From: Candidatus Methylomirabilis limnetica
GTDB lineage: Bacteria > Methylomirabilota > Methylomirabilia > Methylomirabilales > Methylomirabilaceae
DNA: 32,000 bases
Reading direction: 5' to 3'
Assembly: GCF_003044035.1 (NCBI RefSeq)
Contig: NZ_NVQC01000008.1
Location: 30,001-62,000, forward strand
Position 1 is the first letter of the stretch. Each line of letters opens with the position of its first letter. The translations under genes were made by a program, and so were the position numbers. Shown here piece after piece: positions 17,251-24,007 of the stretch. Below the pieces are notes generated by a model, which saw only the letters and a list, made by a program, of their open reading frames with translations, was not told the origin of the DNA and searched no databases.

Positions 17251-18519
17251 GTGAGGATCGCGCTGCGCATCGCGTGCTTCGGCCTTATCCTGATCGCGGC
17301 CGGCCTGATCCGCGTCCCCTTCGCGGAGGCGCAGGATGCCTGTGTTGACTGCCATAAGGCATCAAAAGAGGAGCGCCTCAGCCGTCCGGCCTTGAAGATT
17401 AAAGACGATTACCACCTGGCGCGTGGACTGGGCTGCCAGAACTGCCACGGCGGTGACCAGGCCGCAGTCGGCAACAAGGCGCAGAGCCACAGTTCGGCCA
17501 AAGGGTTCCTGGGCAAACCGAATCGGCGCGCGATCCCTGAATCCTGTGGGAAGTGCCACAGCGATCCAGTCTATATGCGGAAGTTTAATCCTTCCATTCG
17601 GACAGACCAGGTAAAGGAATACTATACGAGTCTCCATGGCAAAAAGCTTCGCGAAGGAGATCTGAAGGTCGCCGTCTGTACCAGTTGCCATGACGTCCAT
17701 GCCATCCGTGCCAGCAAGGACCAGGCGGCATGGACATATCCTGTCAAGGTCGCTGAGACTTGCGCTCGCTGCCACGGTGACGCTGAATACATGAAAGGCT
17801 ACAAGATCCCCACCGATCAGCTTGAGAAGTACAAGCAGAGTATTCATTACGAGATGTTGACCAAGAAGGGGGAGCTCGCCTCTCCGACGTGCAGCGGCTG
17901 CCACGGTAGTCACGGCGCCGCCCCTCCCGGCATCGATTCCGTGGCGAATGTCTGCAGCCACTGTCATGCAGCGACGGCCGAGCTCTTCGACAGGAGCGCG
18001 CATAAGGCGGCATTCGCCGAGCTGGGGATGCCGGCGTGCGTGACATGTCATAGTAATCACGATGTCGTGAAACCGTCGGACGCGATGCTGACTGGTGGAG
18101 AAGATACCGCTTGTGCCACTTGCCATGAAGCGAACTCTGCGCCCCTAAAGAAGGCTGCTGAGTTGCGAACTATGATCGAGGGCCTTTCGAGTCAAATCGA
18201 TCAGGCGACGGCAATCCTCACCAAGGCTGAGCACGCAGGAATGGAGATCGGCCATCCTCGATTCGAGCTCATTGCGGCGAAAGACTCCTTGATCAAGGCC
18301 AGAGCAGAAACCCATTTGCTCAAGGTGGAAAAGATCAAGGCTATCACCGACCCAGGGTTCATCGTCGCTCAGAAGAGTCTCACGAGCGGCCAAGACCTCC
18401 TGACCGAGCTGCAGTTCCGCCGCAAGGGGCTGGCGGTCTCCATGCTGGTCATTGGCGCGGTTCTGATCGGCCTCTTCTTAAAGATCCGGGAAGTCGATAG
18501 ACGGAGAGGACCTCGCTGA
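17251..18519 (+). CDS. Membrane-anchored nonahaem c-type cytochrome (occupies the cytochrome c1/f position of the bc operon)
   Basis: The start is placed at GTG 17251 (GAGGAAG SD), 8 nt after the cytochrome b stop. It has a signal-like N-terminus, nine CxxCH motifs, a C-terminal helical region and a single TM anchor (LAVSMLVIGAVLIGLFLKI). Confidence 0.85.
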   Translation: MRIALRIACFGLILIAAGLIRVPFAEAQDACVDCHKASKEERLSRPALKIKDDYHLARGLGCQNCHGGDQAAVGNKAQSHSSAKGFLGKPNRRAIPESCGKCHSDPVYMRKFNPSIRTDQVKEYYTSLHGKKLREGDLKVAVCTSCHDVHAIRASKDQAAWTYPVKVAETCARCHGDAEYMKGYKIPTDQLEKYKQSIHYEMLTKKGELASPTCSGCHGSHGAAPPGIDSVANVCSHCHAATAELFDRSAHKAAFAELGMPACVTCHSNHDVVKPSDAMLTGGEDTACATCHEANSAPLKKAAELRTMIEGLSSQIDQATAILTKAEHAGMEIGHPRFELIAAKDSLIKARAETHLLKVEKIKAITDPGFIVAQKSLTSGQDLLTELQFRRKGLAVSMLVIGAVLIGLFLKIREVDRRRGPR

Positions 18520-18533
18520 CAATACCGCCGGCA

Positions 18534-18562
18534 TTGACATGAATAGGTAGAGCGGCTATAGT
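18534..18562 (+). promoter_or_regulatory. Second near-consensus sigma70-type promoter (TTGACA-N17-TATAGT) inside the cytochrome locus
   Basis: TTGACA at 18534-18539, a 17-nt spacer, and TATAGT at 18557-18562. It lies 15 nt after the nonahaem gene stop and about 180 nt upstream of ATG 18744. Confidence 0.5.
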
Positions 18563-18666
18563 CCGCATGACAGCCCGATGGCATGAGCTAGGAGCGTATG
18601 GGACCGTGCCCCGAAGATGCGAGCGAAAGCGGAGTAGCGAGTAATCACCTCTGCCCGCTTTCGATC

Positions 18667-18710
18667 CAATAGACGCAATAGACGCGATGACGCAATAAAC
18701 GCAAGAGACA
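18667..18710 (+). repeat. Degenerate tandem 9-mer array (CAATAGACG x2, CGATGACG, CAATAAACG, CAAGAGACA) in the leader of the trihaem cytochrome gene
   Basis: Read directly from the sequence. The array ends about 33 nt upstream of ATG 18744. It is preceded by a 9-bp stem hairpin (CGAAAGCGG at 18624-18632 and CCGCTTTCG at 18655-18663). Confidence 0.8.
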
Positions 18711-18743
18711 TTTTCTAAGAACTGCCCGTAGAAAGGAAGAAGC

Positions 18744-19157
18744 ATGAGATCAATGATCGGAGGGAGCGCGAGGCTTGCTCTCGCGTGCCTCCTGCTTGTG
18801 AGCTTCACGCCATCGCGTAGTGTCGCCCAGCCAAAACTGAAGATTCCACCCCCCTTCGCCTTCGAGCAGAAGACCAAGGATGAGGCGGGGAACATGAGCT
18901 TTGGGAAGGTAACGTTCGATCACAACGTGCATATTGAAAAAGGCCAAAAGTGCCTGAGTTGCCACGGCAAGGGTAAACCCTTCAAAAATAAGAATGGAAC
19001 CTCTCCGGACATCACCATGAAGGCCTTCAATGAAGGAAAGGCGTGTGGTACATGCCACAACGGGAAGGTTGCATTCTCCACAAAGGAGATAGGCAATTGC
19101 CTGAAGTGCCATAAGGTCAGTACGGTTCCGCAGCCGAAGAGCACCGAGACGCAGTAA
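18744..19157 (+). CDS. Periplasmic trihaem cytochrome c, c7/c3 (PpcA-like) family
   Basis: 137 aa with an AAGGAAG SD and a signal peptide (ARLALACLLLVSFTPSRSVAQ). It has three CxxCH motifs (CLSCH, CGTCH, CLKCH) and the VTFDHNVH motif typical of c7/c3 domains. Confidence 0.85.
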   Translation: MRSMIGGSARLALACLLLVSFTPSRSVAQPKLKIPPPFAFEQKTKDEAGNMSFGKVTFDHNVHIEKGQKCLSCHGKGKPFKNKNGTSPDITMKAFNEGKACGTCHNGKVAFSTKEIGNCLKCHKVSTVPQPKSTETQ

Positions 19158-19259
19158 CTGGATTGTGGCAGGTGGCCGACTTGAGAGTGCGCCTCTTCAC
19201 GGTCCCTGCTATCGCGCGCCCTGTTTGGGAACGTGGGTAGCGATACCATTTCACGCTTG

Positions 19260-21443
19260 ATGATGAGGAGCGCATGCTACGGAAAGGCGGCCGGGGGCCT
19301 TTTCCTTGTTTGGCTTTTTCTGCCCATAGCTCCGAATGTCTTCGCGGTCGTCTCGGAGTTGCCTGCCACTTCTCAGGAGTGCTTGGCCTGCCACAACGAT
19401 CCCGACTTGAAGAAGGAGATCGGGGGAGGGCGATACGCTTCGCTGCTCGTAGAGCCGGCCGACCTGATTCAATCCGCGCACAAAGAGCTTGCCTGCGCCG
19501 AGTGCCATGGTGGCATCCCAGAAGGGTCTCACGCCGAAACGCCCCAGCCAGTACGTTGCAGCGCCTGCCATCTCAAACCCCATGAGAATGTTCCGGATAG
19601 CGCTCATGCCAATCTGGGGGGTATAGGCCCCAGCGCCAATTGCATCGCCTGTCATGGTAGTCACCGAATCCAGAAGATAGCCGCCGATGGCAACGTCAGC
19701 CTCTGCGCTTCGTGCCATGGCCGCCAGGCGAAACATATGGCCGCCGGCATTCATGCCGGTAGCCGCGGGGAGAAAACCAGGCATCTGCCAACCTGCGCCA
19801 CGTGCCACAACACGGCCCACGCCGTCAAATCTCACCGCGATCCTGTGTCGCCCACCCATCGCTCGCAGATTCACGAAACCTGTGCCCGCTGCCATGCCGA
19901 TCCGAAGGTGATCGCCGAAGAACAGATCACCAGGCCGCGGGCCGTTGCGCTCTTCGTGCAAAGCATCCACGGCCAAGCCATCCTACAGAAAGGCAATCTC
20001 ACTGCCGCAACCTGCACCGATTGCCATGGCGCTCACGAGATCCGACGAGCTGCCGATCCCGCCTCTGGCGTCTTCAAGCAGAACGTCGCCGTCACCTGCA
20101 AGCAGTGCCACGACGACGTAGCCAGTCAGTTTCAGGACAGCGTGCACGGGAGGGCCGTCTCACACGGGGTTTTCGCGGCGCCGACATGCACTGATTGCCA
20201 CGGGGAGCATGGGATCACTGCCACCCGCGCCCCGGGATCGCGAGTGGCGCCGCTGACCGTCTCCAAGACCTGCGCTGCCTGCCACGAGGCGGTACGGGTG
20301 GTCGAGGAGTTTGGCCTCGCGCCGCGGCGAGCCGGGACGTTCTTTGAGAGCTTTCACGGCCTGGCTGCGAGAGGTGGGTCGCCCGTGGTGGCCAACTGTG
20401 CAAGCTGCCATGGGACCCACAATATTCAGCCCTCCTCCGATCCTCGCTCCACCGTCAACCCGATGAACCTCTCGCGAACCTGTGGGCAGTGCCACCGAGG
20501 CGCCGGCATACAATTGGCCAGTGCCAGAATTCACGTGGCACCAGGGTTCGGCGAGCACCCATGGGTAACCCTGGTCCGACAGATCTACCTTGTGATTATC
20601 TTTGTCACCATTGGCGGGATGAGCCTGCACAACGGGCTTGACTTCCTGGTACATCTGCGAGAGCGTTGGCGAACAGAGGGGCAGCAGGAAGACGAACCCC
20701 GCGTGCCTCCCGAGGTGGCGCGCCGTCTCTTTGAGCGATTGACACTCAATGAGCGGATTCAGCACGTTACGCTGTTTGCGACCTTCACGATCCTGGTGAT
20801 TACCGGTTTTGCCCTGAAGTTTCCTGATGCGTGGTGGGCACGGCCGCTGGTCTGGATCGAAAGCGGATATGCCGTCCGAGCCTGGCTACATCGAATCGCC
20901 GGCGTGCTCATGACGCTGGCGGCAGGGTATCATCTGGCGTATCTCTTCGGCACGCAGCGTGGCCGGGCTCAGTTCCGATTGATGCAACCCTGCCGACGGG
21001 ATGTAGGCGAGGCATGGGAAATGGTGACCTTTAATCTGGGTCTGCGGCCACACCGGCCCCGTTTCCACCGCTTTACGTACGTAGAGAAGCTGGAGTACTG
21101 GGCGGTCATGTGGGGAACTGTCGTTATGGCCGGCACCGGGTTTATCATGTGTCTACAAACTATTGTGCTGAAGCGCTGGCCCCTTTTGGTTATTGACCTG
21201 GCAAGCGTCGTCCATTATTACGAGGCATGGCTTGCAACGCTTGCTGTCCTGGTCTGGCACTTCTACAGCGTCATCTTCCGGCCTGATATCTACCCGATGA
21301 GCCAGGTCTGGCTGACTGGGAAGATTACGGGAGAACAAATGGCCAAGGATCACGCTGCCGAATTGGAGGAGACGCTTGCGGCAGAAACCGTGCTAAGCTC
21401 ATTGCCGGGAGATAAGAAGGCGGAACCGCGGGTAAGTATCTGA
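19260..21443 (+). CDS. Fusion protein: 13-haem c-type cytochrome domain + C-terminal membrane b-type cytochrome domain (FdnI/HydC-like; CbcL-like architecture)
   Basis: The ORF opens at GTG 19233, and ATG-ATG at 19260/19263 is the likelier start. After the N-terminal TM/signal segment, 13 CxxCH motifs occur in the first roughly 430 aa. The last roughly 280 aa carry 4-5 predicted TM helices with conserved His residues (IQHVTLF, WLHRIAG, VHYYEAW, VWHFYSV). Confidence 0.85.
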   Translation: MMRSACYGKAAGGLFLVWLFLPIAPNVFAVVSELPATSQECLACHNDPDLKKEIGGGRYASLLVEPADLIQSAHKELACAECHGGIPEGSHAETPQPVRCSACHLKPHENVPDSAHANLGGIGPSANCIACHGSHRIQKIAADGNVSLCASCHGRQAKHMAAGIHAGSRGEKTRHLPTCATCHNTAHAVKSHRDPVSPTHRSQIHETCARCHADPKVIAEEQITRPRAVALFVQSIHGQAILQKGNLTAATCTDCHGAHEIRRAADPASGVFKQNVAVTCKQCHDDVASQFQDSVHGRAVSHGVFAAPTCTDCHGEHGITATRAPGSRVAPLTVSKTCAACHEAVRVVEEFGLAPRRAGTFFESFHGLAARGGSPVVANCASCHGTHNIQPSSDPRSTVNPMNLSRTCGQCHRGAGIQLASARIHVAPGFGEHPWVTLVRQIYLVIIFVTIGGMSLHNGLDFLVHLRERWRTEGQQEDEPRVPPEVARRLFERLTLNERIQHVTLFATFTILVITGFALKFPDAWWARPLVWIESGYAVRAWLHRIAGVLMTLAAGYHLAYLFGTQRGRAQFRLMQPCRRDVGEAWEMVTFNLGLRPHRPRFHRFTYVEKLEYWAVMWGTVVMAGTGFIMCLQTIVLKRWPLLVIDLASVVHYYEAWLATLAVLVWHFYSVIFRPDIYPMSQVWLTGKITGEQMAKDHAAELEETLAAETVLSSLPGDKKAEPRVSI

Positions 21444-21521
21444 GTAAAAGACTCGAATCAGCAAAAGAGGAGTATTGTTGTAAAGCACACCTCGTGAGGT
21501 GCTGTCCAACCCTGGTGCACG

Positions 21522-21609
21522 AAAACCCCCTCAATCCCTCTTTGCGAAAGGGGGAGGTAAGGAAACGTATACGTATCCCCCTTTTTTGAAAGGGGGGTCA
21601 GGGGGGTTT
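21522..21609. repeat. Composite GC-rich palindromic repeats (two units of the PPFxKGGxGGF family) downstream of the cytochrome locus
   Basis: Inner palindromes are ccctctttgcgaaaggggg (21536-21554) and tcccccttttttgaaagggggg (21576-21597). They are enclosed by aaaaccccc (21522-21530) and ggggggttt (21601-21609). One frame reads PPFLKGGSGGF. The structure may also act as a transcription stop. Confidence 0.75.
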
Positions 21610-21674
21610 GTCTGAAGCTGACGGCTGATCGTTGATTGCTGAATACTATTTTCGAAGGAAACTCAGAGGAGATA

Positions 21675-22271
21675 ATGGAAGAACAACGGTCCACCGGCAA
21701 GATACGTCTTGTCATAATGCTGGGTAGCGCTTTGGCCGTAGGCTTTCTTCTTGGCTACCTGTCCTCAGCCTTCGTTCCTCTCGTCAAGCCAACGCAATCG
21801 CCTGCCGCTTCGGCGCCGACTGCTCCTGTCCCCCGTCTCTCGCTCTCCGAGATTGATTCGGCCTTGAAGGCTGCCCACGCCTCACTCGATGCCGGTGACC
21901 ACCAAGCGGCCTGGGAGAAATATCACCAGATCCTGATGTCCGATCGGAGCAATGCCGAGGCGCTGACTCACCTCGGAATCATTCTGACACAGAGCAACCA
22001 GCCGGATGAGGCCATAAAGCTGTATGACCGGGCGCTGAGCGTGGACCCCAAGTACGCCCATGCGCTATTCGATAAAGGGCAGGCCTTGAAAGATAAGGGG
22101 GATGCGAAGGGGGCCACGGAAGCGTTCCAGCGGTTTCTCACCATGGTGCCGCAGGACTCAGACGATGCCAAGCGGGTCAAAGGATGGATAGCGGAGTTGG
22201 CCAGCTCCGATAAGCCTCAGAAGGAAAAACACCGGGACAAGCAAACGACTGGTGGAGCGGCGGAGGAGTGA
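21675..22271 (+). CDS. TPR-repeat protein with N-terminal membrane anchor
   Basis: The start is placed at ATG 21675 (GAGGAG upstream). It has a TM helix (LVIMLGSALAVGFLLGYLSSAF) followed by TPR-like repeats (AWEKYHQIL..., EAIKLYDRALSVDPKYAHALFDKGQAL..., GATEAFQRFL). Confidence 0.75.
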   Translation: MEEQRSTGKIRLVIMLGSALAVGFLLGYLSSAFVPLVKPTQSPAASAPTAPVPRLSLSEIDSALKAAHASLDAGDHQAAWEKYHQILMSDRSNAEALTHLGIILTQSNQPDEAIKLYDRALSVDPKYAHALFDKGQALKDKGDAKGATEAFQRFLTMVPQDSDDAKRVKGWIAELASSDKPQKEKHRDKQTTGGAAEE

Positions 22272-22284
22272 TGGGAAGGTTGGC

Positions 22285-23019
22285 GTGAAAAGAGGAGAGC
22301 GTGCGCGGCAGCGGGTGATAGCGTGGGCGGTGCACATGTTTACCGCATCCGGAGCGGTTGTCGGGGGCTGGTGCCTGGTCGCCATACATAGGGGCGATTA
22401 TCGGGGGGCGTTCTTCGGGATGGTGCTGGCCGGCGTGATCGATGCTGCAGATGGGCCGTTGGCGCGACTTGCCAGGGTCAAGGAGGTCCTGCCTCAATTC
22501 GATGGTACGAAACTTGACGATATCGTTGACTATCTGAATTATGTGGTCGTCCCTATCGTGTTGATCCATGCAGCCAACTTGTTGCCGGCGTCGGTCTCGA
22601 TCTGGATGTTGCCCTTCCCACTGCTCACCAGTGCCTACCGTTTCTGTCACGTCTCCGCCAAGACGCCGGATCATTTTTTCACCGGGTTTCCTTCGTACTG
22701 GAACATCCTGGCCTTCTACTATTATGTCTGGGGGAGCCCCCTCTGGTTCAACGCGGTCTTCACCCTCTTTGCGGCGATCATGGTGCTGGTACCGATCAGG
22801 TATCTCTATCCGAGCCGGACCCGGATCCTCCGCCCCCTTACCATCGGGCTAGGAATCCTGTGGGCCGTGGCGCTCCTGATTCTCCTCTGGCAGCTTCCCG
22901 ATCCCTCGCCCTCGCTGGTCGCCTGGTCTCTGCTGTATCCGATCTACTATACCGCCCTCTCGTTTGCGCTGCACTGGCGCTTGCTACAGGAGGGCGAGCG
23001 AACATCTTCCAAAGCCTGA
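22285..23019 (+). CDS. pcs: Phosphatidylcholine synthase (CDP-alcohol phosphatidyltransferase family)
   Basis: It closely resembles the rhizobial Pcs sequence as I remember it: AWAVHMFTASGAV, DGPLARLARVKEVLPQFDGTKLDDIVDYLNYVVVP, and DHFFTGFPSYWNILAFY. The start is uncertain (GTG 22252 or GTG 22285). Confidence 0.8.
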   Translation: MKRGERARQRVIAWAVHMFTASGAVVGGWCLVAIHRGDYRGAFFGMVLAGVIDAADGPLARLARVKEVLPQFDGTKLDDIVDYLNYVVVPIVLIHAANLLPASVSIWMLPFPLLTSAYRFCHVSAKTPDHFFTGFPSYWNILAFYYYVWGSPLWFNAVFTLFAAIMVLVPIRYLYPSRTRILRPLTIGLGILWAVALLILLWQLPDPSPSLVAWSLLYPIYYTALSFALHWRLLQEGERTSSKA

Positions 23020-23056
23020 CGCCTTCAGCTCCTACGGGCGCTTCTGGATTTCCTGA

Positions 23057-24007
23057 TCAGGGTGAGGACGACGCCGGCTGGGTCGCCTGTTTGAAGGCAT
23101 CCGGTCCGTTCGGTACGCTGTCCAGAAAGGCCGGATCGATGGTGACCACCCCCTCTCCAGGCTCAGTCATGGCGTATAGCCCGACCTGTGGGTCGGCGGC
23201 CTTCTTAAGCAGGAGCCGCTTCACGCCGCCCGCGTCCTTTAACTCCACGATAAGATCGGGACGCTCCAGACCGTACCTGCGCTTGGCGTCAGGACCAGAG
23301 CCGACAAATGCTGTTACGCGGGCGTCCTTGATCTTCCACAACAACTGTCCGATCACAGCCGCGTCGGCCCTGACCTTGATCGGCTTACTGATCTCCCACC
23401 CCTTCCCTTCAGCATGGCTGAGGCTGATCGATTGTCCCTTGCCGACCAGCTCGATCTGGGTGACCTCGTTTGGCTCCAGCGCCAGCAGGGTCTTGTCACG
23501 AAAATCGTCCGGCTTCCGGTCCGCGCGGACTCGCACGATGGCGGTCGCCAGGAAGACAGCAGGCTGATCGGGTCGTTTGGCATAGACAGAGCGACCGTTT
23601 GGGTTCACATCGCCCAGCAGGAGCGCCGGCAACGTGTTCCCACCCTTGAGCGTTACGCTGAGATGGAGCGAAGGACGCTCAAGCCCGTAGTCAGCTAGGC
23701 CTGTTGGCGCCTCCTCGATGCGCCGTTCTTCCCTGGCTTCCAGGAGTGTACGAAGTAGCGAGGCGACCTCTGAAACGTCAGCCGTAGCCTGCACAGGCTC
23801 GATCAGCCGCCACCCGTCGCCTTCACGCTTCAGTACGATCAGCTCTTCACCCCGTGTGATGGAGATCTTCTCGACGTCCTTCGCCTCGGCTTGGAATAAT
23901 CGGTTGGCATCCGACCCGGATAGCGTACCCTTGGTCTCCAGTGCGTAGTAGGCCACGGCCAGAGCCGCCAGAACCAACACGAGAAGGCCGAGCGATCGCC
24001 ACCTCAC
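23057..24007 (-). CDS. DUF4340 domain protein (accessory component of the GldG-type ABC system)
   Basis: The start is placed at GTG 24007, overlapping the upstream TGA (GTGA) with GGAGG 8 nt upstream. It has an N-terminal TM helix and repeated beta-rich modules typical of DUF4340. It is the last gene of the ABC operon. Confidence 0.72.
   Translation of the reverse strand: MRWRSLGLLVLVLAALAVAYYALETKGTLSGSDANRLFQAEAKDVEKISITRGEELIVLKREGDGWRLIEPVQATADVSEVASLLRTLLEAREERRIEEAPTGLADYGLERPSLHLSVTLKGGNTLPALLLGDVNPNGRSVYAKRPDQPAVFLATAIVRVRADRKPDDFRDKTLLALEPNEVTQIELVGKGQSISLSHAEGKGWEISKPIKVRADAAVIGQLLWKIKDARVTAFVGSGPDAKRRYGLERPDLIVELKDAGGVKRLLLKKAADPQVGLYAMTEPGEGVVTIDPAFLDSVPNGPDAFKQATQPASSSP

Noticed and set aside
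21485-21502. Small palindrome cacctcgtgaggtg just after the 13-haem gene stop, considered as an intrinsic terminator.
   Set aside because: The 6-bp stem has a 2-nt loop and no T-tract. The larger GC-rich palindromes at 21522-21609 are a better candidate for a 3'-end structure.
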